Positions 1 through 9,985 of a DNA stretch of 64,000 nucleotides are shown one piece after another. The position numbers and the translations under genes were made by a program. How positions within the stretch are numbered: the first letter of the stretch is position 1; every line of letters begins with the position of its first letter. The notes beneath the pieces were generated by a model that ran no database searches, was not told the DNA's origin, and worked only from the letters and a program-made list of their open reading frames with translations. The stretch spans positions 9,623 through 73,622 of the forward strand of contig PKTG01000107.1 of the NCBI GenBank assembly GCA_002869225.1, given 5' to 3'. The stretch is from Candidatus Muiribacterium halophilum. Its GTDB lineage: Bacteria; Muiribacteriota; Muiribacteriia; Muiribacteriales; Muiribacteriaceae.

Positions 1-1
1 C

Positions 2-2275
2 TCAGCTAAGATCGTTGGTACTCAGACTGACAATTATGTTAACGCATACTTTGTATATGATTCCAAAAAAGCAGGTTCTATGACTGTATCACATCTTAGA
101 TTCTCAGATAAACCACTTAGAAGTTCATATCTTATACAGCCAGGACAGGCTGATCTTGTAGCTTGTCATAACTTCTCATTTTTAGAAAAATATGAGATGG
201 TAAAATTCCTTAAACAGGGTGGAACTTTCCTTGTAAATAGTATATATGGAAAAGATGAGCTTTGGGAAAAACTTCCTTATGAAGTACAGCAGCAGCTGAT
301 TGAAAAAAATGCTAAGTTATTTTCTATTAACGCTGTTAAAATAGCTGAAGAACTTGGACTTGGTGCAAGGATCAATACAGTAATGCAATCAGCTTTCTTC
401 AAGATAGCTGACATAATACCATTTGATCAGGCTGTTAAGTTTATTAAAGATGCTATTAAAAAAACTTATGGAAAACGTGGAGACAAAGTTGTCAAGATGA
501 ACGAAGATGCTGTTGATGAAGCGATCAACAATCTTTTTGAAATTGATATGGCAGCAAAAGCAACATCACAGATTCATACTAATCCTTGTGTAATACCTCA
601 GGGTGTACCAGATTTTATGAAGAAGACTACCTGTCAGCTTATTGCACAGAAAGGTGATGATCTTCCTGTATCAGCGTTTCCTGCTGATGGAACATATCCT
701 GTTGGAACCACAAAACTTGAAAAGAGAAATGTAGCTGTAAATATTCCTGTCTGGAACAAGGATGTTTGTATACAGTGTGGTATATGTTCGTTTGTATGTC
801 CTCATGCTTCTATTAGAATGAAAGTCTATGATGCTGATGATCTTTCAAATGCACCTAAGACATTCAAATCGACTGATTCAAAGATACAGGGTTATAAAGA
901 TAAAAAGATGACCATACAGGTTGCTCCTGAAGATTGTACTGGTTGTGGTGCTTGTGTATTCAACTGTCCAGCAAAAGATAAGAGCAATCCAGGTCAAAAA
1001 GCTATAAATATGCATCCGCAGACTCCACTTAGAGATCAGGAAAAAGAAAACTTTGATTTCTTCCTTTCACTTCCTGAACTTCCTTTTGATGAACTTGACA
1101 AGGGTAGTCTAAGAACATCACAGCTTGCTCCTCATCTTTTCGAATTCTCAGGAGCTTGCCCAGGTTGTGGAGAGACTCCTTATGTAAAACTTCTCTCACA
1201 GCTTTTCGGTGATAGAGCACTTGTTGCAAACGCTACAGGTTGTTCTTCGATATATGGTGGTAACCTTCCAACAACTCCTTATACTTCAAGAGAAGATGGA
1301 AGAGGACCATCCTGGTCTAACTCTCTATTTGAAGATAATGCGGAATTTGGTTTCGGTATGAGACTTGCTGCTAAGAAGTTTAACGAGATGGCTGTTGAAT
1401 ATCTTGAAAAGATGTCATCTACTATTGGTCAGGATCTTGTAAACGAATTAAGAGGAGCTACTCAGATAACTCAGGCTGATATCGAAAAACAGAGAGAGAG
1501 AGTTGCTAAACTTAAAGAAATATTAAAAAATAATGATTCAGAAGATGCTAAAAACCTTCTTGCTGTTGCAGATTATCTTATCAAGAAATCTGTATGGATT
1601 GTTGGTGGAGATGGTTGGGCTTATGATATTGGTTATGGCGGACTTGATCATGTACTTGCAAGTGATGAGAATATAAACGTTCTTGTCATGGATACCGAGG
1701 TTTATTCAAATACAGGTGGTCAGTCATCAAAAGCTACTCCAATTGGAGCTTCTGCGAAATTTGCTTTCTCAGGAAAAGCAATAGAGAAAAAAGATCTTGG
1801 AATGATAGCTATGACTTATGGACATATATATGTCGCTAAAGTATCACTTTCAAATCCTGCACAATGTATCAAAGCGTTTATTGAAGCGGAAAGATATAAC
1901 GGACCTTCACTTATACTTGCATATGCTCATTGTATCGCACACGGTATAAACATGACAGAAGGTGTTCAGGAACAGAAAAATGCTGTTAATTCAGGACATT
2001 GGCCGCTACTTAGATTCAATCCTGAGCTTACACTTGAAGGAAAGAATCCTCTAATGCTTGATTCAAGAGATCCAAGTATATCACTTGATGAATACATGGG
2101 AAGAGAAAATAGATTTAATGTAGTCAAGAAGATGTATCCTGAAAGAGCAGAAAGGCTTGCAAAAGAAGCTAATAAAAAGGTTCTTACAAGATTTGCTCTT
2201 TACAAACAACTTGCAACTAAACTCGATTGTTCTGTGAAAAACGAAAAAGAGGAACTCGAGAAAGAACAGAGTTAA
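2..2275 (+). CDS. nifJ: pyruvate:ferredoxin (flavodoxin) oxidoreductase, C-terminal part (5' end lies outside the window)
   Basis: Frame is open from the window edge (..YFVYDSKKAGSMTVSHLRF). Two 4Fe-4S ferredoxin motifs (CIQCGICSFVCP, CTGCGACVFNCP). TPP-binding GGDGWAYDIGYGGLDH. Ends TAA, followed by a terminator. Confidence 0.95.
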   Translation, partial: SAKIVGTQTDNYVNAYFVYDSKKAGSMTVSHLRFSDKPLRSSYLIQPGQADLVACHNFSFLEKYEMVKFLKQGGTFLVNSIYGKDELWEKLPYEVQQQLIEKNAKLFSINAVKIAEELGLGARINTVMQSAFFKIADIIPFDQAVKFIKDAIKKTYGKRGDKVVKMNEDAVDEAINNLFEIDMAAKATSQIHTNPCVIPQGVPDFMKKTTCQLIAQKGDDLPVSAFPADGTYPVGTTKLEKRNVAVNIPVWNKDVCIQCGICSFVCPHASIRMKVYDADDLSNAPKTFKSTDSKIQGYKDKKMTIQVAPEDCTGCGACVFNCPAKDKSNPGQKAINMHPQTPLRDQEKENFDFFLSLPELPFDELDKGSLRTSQLAPHLFEFSGACPGCGETPYVKLLSQLFGDRALVANATGCSSIYGGNLPTTPYTSREDGRGPSWSNSLFEDNAEFGFGMRLAAKKFNEMAVEYLEKMSSTIGQDLVNELRGATQITQADIEKQRERVAKLKEILKNNDSEDAKNLLAVADYLIKKSVWIVGGDGWAYDIGYGGLDHVLASDENINVLVMDTEVYSNTGGQSSKATPIGASAKFAFSGKAIEKKDLGMIAMTYGHIYVAKVSLSNPAQCIKAFIEAERYNGPSLILAYAHCIAHGINMTEGVQEQKNAVNSGHWPLLRFNPELTLEGKNPLMLDSRDPSISLDEYMGRENRFNVVKKMYPERAERLAKEANKKVLTRFALYKQLATKLDCSVKNEKEELEKEQS

Positions 2276-2291
2276 GAAACGTTTTCAACAA

Positions 2292-2325
2292 AAAGGGATT
2301 GGCGATAAGTCAATCCCTTTTTTTA
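2292..2325 (+). terminator. rho-independent terminator after PFOR
   Basis: AAAGGGATTG / CAATCCCTTT 10-bp stem with a 9-nt loop, followed by a T-run. Confidence 0.8.
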
Positions 2326-2385
2326 TATGAAATCGATACTGTTATATGTTATAATTAATAAAAATCATTAATGAAGGAGCTAATA

Positions 2386-2787
2386 ATGGAAATAAAGATA
2401 ATGGTAGTGGACGACGAAGAAGAGATCTTGAATCTGTTAAGAAAGTATCTTGAAAAAGCAGGTTTCAACAATGTTGTAACTATTAATGACCCTGAAAAGG
2501 CTCTTGAACTTATGCAGAAGGAACTGTATAAGATAGTACTTCTTGATATAAGAATGCCGAAGATGGATGGTATAGAACTACTGCAGAAGATAAAGGATAT
2601 AAATCCTCTTTGTAATATAATCATGGTAACAGCCTATTCGGACCTTAATAATGTTGTTGAATGTATTGCAAGAGGAGCAGTAGATTTTGTAGCAAAACCT
2701 TTTAAGATGAAAGAACTTACAAATATAGTGGGACAATGTAGAGAAAGAATAGATAGATGGAAAGATGTCATCTTGAAAAATGGATAA
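2386..2787 (+). CDS. single-domain response regulator (CheY-like receiver)
   Basis: VVDDEEE, LLDIRMPKMDG, MVTAYSD and AKPF receiver motifs. AAGGAG RBS 7 nt before ATG 2386; the ORF-track start at 2371 contains that RBS. Confidence 0.85.
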   Translation: MEIKIMVVDDEEEILNLLRKYLEKAGFNNVVTINDPEKALELMQKELYKIVLLDIRMPKMDGIELLQKIKDINPLCNIIMVTAYSDLNNVVECIARGAVDFVAKPFKMKELTNIVGQCRERIDRWKDVILKNG

Positions 2788-3805
2788 TATTCTAAGAGAA
2801 AATTTCTCTTCAGCTGTAAAGGTTAATATAGAAAGCCTTCAACAGATCATAGATAATGTCTTGAATTCTGACATGACAAATGGGCAGATTAGGCGTGTTT
2901 GTTCGAAAATATCCGTTGTAAAGGCTTTCTCTGCTTTTATCGGCGTGTCAGAGTATGCAGATGTGTTTCGTGGTATACAGAAGGTATGCGAAGACATTTA
3001 TAATAGAGATATGAATCATAAAAAAAGAGTGCTTTCAATCGTCAGAAAGTATATAAACTCAATAAAAGATCTTGAGGTTGACGGTAAGATATACGCTCAT
3101 CTTCCTGAACTGGAATATTTCATAGCTTTTCCTGATTCATTTATCTTTTTTGATATAGATCCTCTGGATATGATAATTAATGAGGATAATATCAAGATAC
3201 CAAGAGTAGATTGTATTCAGAATTTTATCTTTTTAAATAATCTTGAAAATAGTATTAAAAAAGAGGAGTTTTCGATCATAAAAGAATCAGCTAAACTTGT
3301 AAGAGATTCTTTTTATTTATCTTATTTTGATGATCTTAAAGATATAAAGAGTAAATTGGGAGAAAAATATACTGACATAATTTTTAATATACCGGATGTA
3401 AGTTTAAATCTCTTTAAGGATAATACTACTTTTATTGAAGATACAATAGAGTTCTTTATAAAAGGTTTCGGTTGTGAGGATAGGAAAATACATATAACTA
3501 TAGATAGAGAGGATGAGCTATCCTATTTCATAGAGTTTATCTGTGATAGTTCAAATGAAATGGTGTTGAAAAATTGTCAGGATAATGATCCGAAAATGCG
3601 CATCTTATATGATGATTGGAAAGAAATATATAAGATGATAAAGATAAGATCCGGAAATGAGAGCCTGAAAAAATTATTTCATCTTTTCTTATCTATTAAG
3701 ACTAGAATGAGAGACATCTCTTTTCAATTTGATAATAACAGTGCGAGACTAAAACTCATATTTCCTGACAACTTCTTTTTAAGTGAAGGTGTAATTGATG
3801 AATAA
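2780..3805 (+). CDS. hypothetical protein (341 aa) between the response regulator and the kinase, translationally coupled at both ends
   Basis: Long ORF whose start and stop overlap the neighbouring genes. I recognise no motif. Confidence 0.5.
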   Translation: MDNILRENFSSAVKVNIESLQQIIDNVLNSDMTNGQIRRVCSKISVVKAFSAFIGVSEYADVFRGIQKVCEDIYNRDMNHKKRVLSIVRKYINSIKDLEVDGKIYAHLPELEYFIAFPDSFIFFDIDPLDMIINEDNIKIPRVDCIQNFIFLNNLENSIKKEEFSIIKESAKLVRDSFYLSYFDDLKDIKSKLGEKYTDIIFNIPDVSLNLFKDNTTFIEDTIEFFIKGFGCEDRKIHITIDREDELSYFIEFICDSSNEMVLKNCQDNDPKMRILYDDWKEIYKMIKIRSGNESLKKLFHLFLSIKTRMRDISFQFDNNSARLKLIFPDNFFLSEGVIDE

Positions 3806-5567
3806 AAAAGAGATAATAACTATTATAAAAAGTTTAAAAAAAGATTTAAATCCGAAAAAGGATGTTCTTATTTCTGATCACTTTGAAGATAGTTCTTCTA
3901 AATATTCGATATTCTTACTTGTTGACGATGAAATAAAAAGACTCAGGTCGGAAAAAAAAGAAAATATTATATTTATTCGAAGCGAAGCTATATCTTTAGA
4001 TGACTCCAGAGCCTTGATCTATTTTATAGTGGAGAAATTTCTTAATAAAGGTATAGGTAGTATATTAGAACTTAAAGTAATAAATAATCTGGGAGTGGTA
4101 GTGGCACTTACTGGTAATCAGAGCAAGCTTATATATTCTGAGGAAGAGTTTTGTATTGGAGCATTTGATGATTGTAAGGAAAACTGTCTTTATAGAAAGG
4201 CAAGATATTCAAAAGAGGTCAAAGAAAAATTATCTCAACTGGGTGGTGATGTTTACTCTGTAAGTCTAAACTCCTTTAATATAAATGATAAAAGATTCTT
4301 TTTTGAGACAATAGAGAAGAAGATAGATCTAAAAATACTGGAAAAAGCAGTTTCAAATAAAACAGAGGAAGGGACTTTTTTTGCGCATTTTATCGATGTA
4401 CTTGAAGTGTTTTATATATCAAGATCTAAATCCGATTATATAGAGAAGATAGGAGAAAAACTATCATCTATTTTTAACAGTCCCTATTTTCTGCTTTCAG
4501 ATGGTGATTCTCTATATGAGTTCAGGGATAAACGACTGATTATTAAAAATGAAGCTAATTTACCTAAAAGATTTCAGAATGTGCAGTTTATAACTGATAT
4601 AAAAGATTAAAAATCTTTCTCGGATCTGGAAAGGTACGGACGATACATAATTTACTTTACCGCTTCCTCCTTAAATTCAGAACTAGCGCAAATATTGTTT
4701 GTTACGGATAGATTGGAAGAGGATATATTAAATCTAATAAACCTACTTTCGGGTCAGATATTCCTATGTCTTAATTATTTTGAGAAGGTTGAGAACGAAA
4801 GATTAGACAGTGTTAAACTCTTTCAAAGAGAGAAGATGGCTTCTTTAGGCCAGCTTTATCTTGGAATAACACATGAGATAAACAATCCCAATCCATTTAT
4901 ATCCGGTAACAGTTAACTTATAGAGATGAATATAGAAGATATTAGAGAGATGATAGCAAAAGGTGTTGATAAGAACATGCTATTAAAAAAGATGGATGAT
5001 ATAGATGAATCTCTTAAAGATATAATGAAAGGTTCTGAAAGAATAGATAGTATAGTGCAGAACCTTAAGCTTTTTTCGAGATTCGATTACTCCAATGTCA
5101 GGAAGAATGATATTAAGAGAATAATATCCGAAGCAATAAGAGTATCCCAGTATAGAGCTAAAGATAAAGATCTTTTTGAACTTATATCAAGATCTGGAGA
5201 ATTTAATGTTAAAGTAAATCATGATGAGATGCTACAGGTGTTTGTGAATATTTTTCTGAATTCAATACAATCTATTGAAAAGAAAAAAGAAATGCTTGAA
5301 GGAAGTTTCTTTCAAGGCAGAATACAGGTCGAGATAGAAATATTTGATAAAGAGATATGTATTAAAGTCGAGGATAACGGTGCTGGAATGGATAAGATAA
5401 TGGCTTCCAAGGTGTTTGACCCGTTTTTTACCACAAAGGGAAATGACGGTACCGGTCTTGGTATGAACATAGTCTATAATATTATTGCAAAATATTCAGG
5501 AAGGATAAAAGTTGAGACCGAGCTTGATAGTTTTTTCAGAACTATCATTAATTTGCCGATAGCTTGA
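3795..5567 (+). pseudogene. cytoplasmic sensor histidine kinase; three same-frame segments joined across two in-frame TAA (4608-4610, 4914-4916)
   Basis: ORFs 3795-4610, 4695-4916 and 4926-5567 are all in frame 0, and the 28 codons 4611-4694 are also open. H-box ITHEINNP lies just before the second TAA. HATPase motifs EDNGAGMD and GTGLGM follow it. Confidence 0.75.
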
Positions 5568-5646
5568 AAGATATAAAACGCTGATGTATAATAATTGTCT
5601 GTAAACAAAAGTAGTAATTAAGTTAATATAGTAAAGGGGAGTAGTT

Positions 5647-7242
5647 ATGAAAAAAATAGTTTTATTTTCACTTGTCATGGTTTTTCTTTTAGTCAATTCG
5701 CAAGCAGCTGTGATCGGCAATGATCTGAAAGATATGCTTCAGAAAATCGATGAGCCGATCAGCGTAATAGTCAAGATGAAGGATGTCTCTGCACTTGTCT
5801 CAAACAGTTATGACATCGCGACTCTTAAACAGAATGCACAGATCTCTCAGAAAGATATAATGGATTTTCTTACCTATGAAAAAAACATTTCAGATGTGAA
5901 AAATCTTTGGGCTATGAGTGCTATATCAATAAAAGCTGATAAAAATCTTATTGAGACTATTGCGAAAAGAGATGATGTGGAAAAGATATTCCTTAATAAG
6001 GAATTTAAACTTTTTGATAATAATACTTATCGTGATTCATTGTTCAGGACAACTGATGGAGACGGATTTGTATATGGTCTTAAAAGTATGAACGTTGATA
6101 AAGTATGGAAGGATTTTGGTATCGATGGTACTGGTGTGATATCTGGTGTTGTGGATTCTGGTTTGACAAAAGACCTTTCAGTATTTGATGGCAAGTTATT
6201 AGCTGGTAAAAACTTTGCTGGTGACGAAAATGATTTTGCAGATAAAAACGGTCATGGTACACATGTATCTGGAACTGTATTGGGTTCATGGGTAAGTGAT
6301 GATCTTTATGAACTTAAATGGGGAATGTTCTGGTCAAAAGCCGGAACTTTTGAAGGTAATATCGGAGTAGCTCCTGGAGCTAAGTTTTACTTTGCAAAAT
6401 GTATGCAGGATGATGGAAAGATATCTTTTGATGATATTCTTGAAAGTATGCAGTGGCTTGTAGATCCTGACGGAGACCCTCAGACACATGATGGAGCGAG
6501 AGTGATAAATGCTTCTCTTGGTTCAGATGAGAGTGTCCCGGAACTTAGAGAACCTCTTGTCAATCTTCAGAAAACAGGCGTATTTCTATGTTTTGCTGCT
6601 GGAAATTCAGGTAAGATCTGTGGATCACCTGCTGACTTTCCAGAAATATTTGCAGTTGGTGCTGTTGATTCAAACGATAACAAAGCATACTTCTCGAGTA
6701 TTGGTCCGGTTAATTGGGATGGAAAAGAATATATTAAACCTGATGTATGTGCACCAGGTGTGAAAGTAATATCATACTATGGAAGTAAATTATCCTACCT
6801 TGATGGTACATCAATGGCATCACCTAACACTACAGGTGTTATAACTTTGATGTTTCAGGCTGATCCTACTCTTACTACTGATGAGATAAAAGAAATATTA
6901 AAAGAGACCGCTCTTGATCTTGGTGATGAAGGTCCTGATAATAAATATGGTTACGGTAGAGTAGATGCTTACGCTGCAATATCCAAAATAACTGGAGAAA
7001 ATAAGATCAAATCTCTTGTCTATAGATATCAGAAGGTAAAGGATGATCTAGTGATAAGTAGTGATATACTTGATGAAAGTCTGGCCTCTGAAAAGGCTTA
7101 TTTAAACAAAGTAAACAGAAAAGATTCTATGGTGGATGAGATAGTTTCCATGGTAGATGATTCAAAAGATTGTGAAAGACAACTTAGAGAACTGGTAGAA
7201 GAAGGAATAGATCTTTCAGAAATATTTGAAAAAATAAATTAA
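5647..7242 (+). CDS. secreted subtilisin-family (S8) serine peptidase
   Basis: Signal peptide. Asp/His/Ser triad motifs VVDSGL, HGTHVSGT, GTSMASP. Confidence 0.9.
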   Translation: MKKIVLFSLVMVFLLVNSQAAVIGNDLKDMLQKIDEPISVIVKMKDVSALVSNSYDIATLKQNAQISQKDIMDFLTYEKNISDVKNLWAMSAISIKADKNLIETIAKRDDVEKIFLNKEFKLFDNNTYRDSLFRTTDGDGFVYGLKSMNVDKVWKDFGIDGTGVISGVVDSGLTKDLSVFDGKLLAGKNFAGDENDFADKNGHGTHVSGTVLGSWVSDDLYELKWGMFWSKAGTFEGNIGVAPGAKFYFAKCMQDDGKISFDDILESMQWLVDPDGDPQTHDGARVINASLGSDESVPELREPLVNLQKTGVFLCFAAGNSGKICGSPADFPEIFAVGAVDSNDNKAYFSSIGPVNWDGKEYIKPDVCAPGVKVISYYGSKLSYLDGTSMASPNTTGVITLMFQADPTLTTDEIKEILKETALDLGDEGPDNKYGYGRVDAYAAISKITGENKIKSLVYRYQKVKDDLVISSDILDESLASEKAYLNKVNRKDSMVDEIVSMVDDSKDCERQLRELVEEGIDLSEIFEKIN

Positions 7243-7373
7243 GCATATATAATATTAACATAATAATAAGATATTGGGAGTCCCGAATGATCGGGATTCC
7301 CTTTTTATTGGAGTATATTAATAATCCAATACTGGCATATATCAGATTAAATAGATCTGATGGAGGGGAAAAG

Positions 7374-7628
7374 ATGGCCGCAATGGTTAGGGTAAACAAG
7401 GTAAAGGTCAAGATCAGAGAAAATCCTAGGGATGTAGATTCTTATTTAAATCTGAAAAAGCTTTATATAAAGAATGGACAGGAAGAGTCAGCTATAAAGT
7501 GTCTTAACAAACTCTACAGGATGACCGGAGAAAAGGAATATCTTGAAGAGATCAGAGTGCTTTCATGTAAAAATTATTTCAAACTTCTTGATAAGTTCCA
7601 GTATCAGATGAAAGATGGTGTTTTATGA
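7374..7628 (+). CDS. small hypothetical protein (TPR-like helix pair)
   Basis: GGAGGGG RBS before ATG 7374. Stop overlaps the next start (ATGA). Confidence 0.45.
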   Translation: MAAMVRVNKVKVKIRENPRDVDSYLNLKKLYIKNGQEESAIKCLNKLYRMTGEKEYLEEIRVLSCKNYFKLLDKFQYQMKDGVL

Positions 7629-8614
7629 GAAAAATTTTTTTCATTATGGTCTTATTTTCAATCTTATTAACGATAGATGCTGAGACTTTTATACTAAAAA
7701 ACGGCACTTTGATAACCGGCGAGATTAAAGACTATTTTCCTGAAAAAGAGTTCTATACTGTAAATATAATGGGAAAAGATAAGATGGTGGATAAGATCAT
7801 CGATATAAAAAAAGAGAATGTTGAAGCTATTATGATAAGACAGGTATTGACCGGTCAAAACGGGAATGAGTTTAGAAATTTTAAATTTCAATTTTTTTTG
7901 AAGAAACCTTCGTCGGATTGGTTTTTTATTGAAAATCCTTCTGATACAAAACCTATATTAACAGTAGCTCAGAAAACTGATTTTGATGATTCCACGCCTA
8001 AAGCAAGAATATTTATATACGGTCCTTATCCTGAACTTACCCCTGATATGGTAGCTCATGATGATGATCTTAAAAAGTTTGCAAGAGATTTTTTTATAAA
8101 AAATTTTCGTATGTATATAGGTTATGAGGATGGTGTTGAATATATCAATAACCGCAAGTACTTCTGGAGAATAGCAAATAATTTTGTGTTTGACTCAAGT
8201 CAAAGAGAGATCAAGATGAAATACAAACAGATACTATGTCTTAATGCTCACTATGTATATGTAATAGATTATTGTAATGATGAGAAAAAGTTTTCTAGAG
8301 AGACTGGTCTTTTAGAACAGGTGATGCAATCCTTTAAATTTCAGTCGGATGAGAACATATATTTGCAGATCTCAAACATGTTCTATTATCAGAAAGAATA
8401 TAAGAAAGCAATGGAATTTTTAAAAAGAGCTGTAGATCTTGAACCTCATAGAGGAGATCTTTATCAGAAGATGGGTGACATATATGGAAGATTAGGTCTG
8501 ATGAAAGATGCTTTTAAATCGTTTAAAAAAGCTCTAAGAAATGGAGCTGATAAAACGCTTATACAGTTTGAACTTGATAATCTCGAAGAAGAATTTTATA
8601 ATGGAGTTAATTGA
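7625..8614 (+). CDS. secreted protein with C-terminal TPR repeats
   Basis: N-terminal signal-like helix. C-terminal TPR pattern (YKKAMEFLKRAVDLEP...GDIYGRLGLMKDAFKSFKKAL). Confidence 0.6.
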   Translation: MRKIFFIMVLFSILLTIDAETFILKNGTLITGEIKDYFPEKEFYTVNIMGKDKMVDKIIDIKKENVEAIMIRQVLTGQNGNEFRNFKFQFFLKKPSSDWFFIENPSDTKPILTVAQKTDFDDSTPKARIFIYGPYPELTPDMVAHDDDLKKFARDFFIKNFRMYIGYEDGVEYINNRKYFWRIANNFVFDSSQREIKMKYKQILCLNAHYVYVIDYCNDEKKFSRETGLLEQVMQSFKFQSDENIYLQISNMFYYQKEYKKAMEFLKRAVDLEPHRGDLYQKMGDIYGRLGLMKDAFKSFKKALRNGADKTLIQFELDNLEEEFYNGVN

Positions 8615-8666
8615 GATGAAAATTCTTCCTAATCTCGAAGAAGAATTTTATAATGGAGTAAACTAA
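8579..8666 (+). repeat. 36-bp direct duplication of the 3' end of the preceding gene (copies 8579-8614 and 8631-8666, 33/36 identical)
   Basis: Read directly. Both copies encode NLEEEFYNGVN-stop. The 16-nt spacer carries AAAATTCTTC, the complement of GAAGAATTTT present in both copies. Confidence 0.9.
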
Positions 8667-8689
8667 TAATAATATTAAGAGGCTAATAA

Positions 8690-8956
8690 ATGGCGGAAAA
8701 AAACTTCAGCACTCGTATTCAGGACCATATGATGAATTATCTTAGAAGAAAACATGTTCCTGTAACGATTTTTTTAAAGAACGGTCAGATATTAAAAGGT
8801 AAAGTAGAGAGTTTTGATTCTTTTACTATAAAACTGGCACAAACTGTAAACAGTAGAAATAATCCAAATATAAATCAGAAGACTTTGACTGCTCTTGTAT
8901 ACAAATCATGTATACTAACAATAATCCCAGCAAAAAAAGTCATGATGAAAAGATGA
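8690..8956 (+). CDS. hfq: Hfq-like RNA chaperone (divergent)
   Basis: Sm1-like VTIFLKNGQILKGKVESFDSFTI. An Sm2-like YKSCILT replaces YKHAIST. Extra ~11 aa lie between the two. AAGAGG RBS. Confidence 0.75.
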   Translation: MAEKNFSTRIQDHMMNYLRRKHVPVTIFLKNGQILKGKVESFDSFTIKLAQTVNSRNNPNINQKTLTALVYKSCILTIIPAKKVMMKR

Positions 8957-9528
8957 GATGGATATTAGCTTCGGGTTCTCCCAGAAGAAAAGATATACTC
9001 GAAAACATAGGTCTTGATTTTGTAGTCAAAACGAACTCAATAGAGGAAATATCAAATAAAAACACTCCCGAGAAGATCTGTGAACATATAGCGTGTATAA
9101 AGTCAGAAGGAATAATTACCGATACTGACGAAGTAGCGATTAGTGCAGATACTATTGTAGTACATAACAACAGGATCTTAGGGAAACCAAAGGATGTAGC
9201 TGAGGCTGAGAGTTATTTGAAAGAGCTTTCATCAAACTCTCATATGGTTATGACTGGACTTGCATTGAGGACAAAAGATAGACTTGTATCATCATGCGCT
9301 ATTACAAAGGTGTTTTTTAGGAAACTGGAAAAATCTGATATTCAGTTTTATCTAAAAAGTATGGAATGGACAGATAAAGCTGGCGGATATGGAATACAGG
9401 GAAAAGCTGGTATCTTTGTCGAGAGAATAGAGGGGTGTTATTTTAATGTAGTTGGATTCCCTTTGTCTTTATTTTATTTCCTTACAGCTGAAATTGATAT
9501 AGATGTTATGAAGGAGTTAAAGAGTTGA
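8953..9528 (+). CDS. maf: Maf-like nucleoside triphosphate pyrophosphatase
   Basis: ILASGSPRRKDIL N-terminus, and GGYGIQG near the C-terminus. ATGA overlap with hfq. Confidence 0.85.
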   Translation: MRWILASGSPRRKDILENIGLDFVVKTNSIEEISNKNTPEKICEHIACIKSEGIITDTDEVAISADTIVVHNNRILGKPKDVAEAESYLKELSSNSHMVMTGLALRTKDRLVSSCAITKVFFRKLEKSDIQFYLKSMEWTDKAGGYGIQGKAGIFVERIEGCYFNVVGFPLSLFYFLTAEIDIDVMKELKS

Positions 9529-9929
9529 GTGAATCTCTTCTTACAATAGGTTTTATTGGAGCAGTTTTAATTATATCGATGTTTGTTGTGATGAATTACT
9601 TTCATTCCACACAGAACAGACCAAAAAGACAATCTACCGGTAGTGTAAGTGGTGTTATGAATACCACTAGCGGAAAAGATCTTGAAAACATATTTATACA
9701 GGTAGGAAAAGTCAGGACGGATGAAAAATTCTCATATACCGCTCTTTCAGGAAAAGAGGGGAGGACATTTGAGACCTATACTGATATAAATGGAGAATTT
9801 GAAATAAATGGTATTCCTATTGGTAAGCATTGGCTTATAATAAAAAAGCGTGGTTATAAGACAATGCTAAGAATGGTTTCTGTTTATGAGGACAAGAATA
9901 CCAAAGTCGATGATATTACACTTTCATGA
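9525..9929 (+). CDS. membrane-anchored protein with a carboxypeptidase-regulatory-like (CarboxypepD_reg) beta-sandwich
   Basis: N-terminal TM helix. GEFEINGIPIGKHWLIIKKRGYK pattern. Confidence 0.5.
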   Translation: MSESLLTIGFIGAVLIISMFVVMNYFHSTQNRPKRQSTGSVSGVMNTTSGKDLENIFIQVGKVRTDEKFSYTALSGKEGRTFETYTDINGEFEINGIPIGKHWLIIKKRGYKTMLRMVSVYEDKNTKVDDITLS

Positions 9930-9985
9930 TCTTAAATGAAACAAAAAAGGAATTTTTAGTGTAATATATTATAAGTGGAGGGGCT

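Noticed and set aside
1029-1229. Many 60-160 aa ORFs antisense to or out of frame with long genes (for example 1029-1229 -, 2355-2624 -, 15198-15578 +, 33081-33467 -, 56076-56558 -, 60009-60443 -, 62633-62821 +).
   Set aside because: They lie wholly inside well-supported genes, have low-complexity Ile/Phe/Ser/Lys-rich translations typical of shadow frames in AT-rich DNA, and lack RBSs.
7287-7373. The longer 113-aa version of ORF 7287-7628.
   Set aside because: The first 29 codons overlap the promoter/terminator-like spacer and have no RBS. ATG 7374 is preceded by GGAGGGG.
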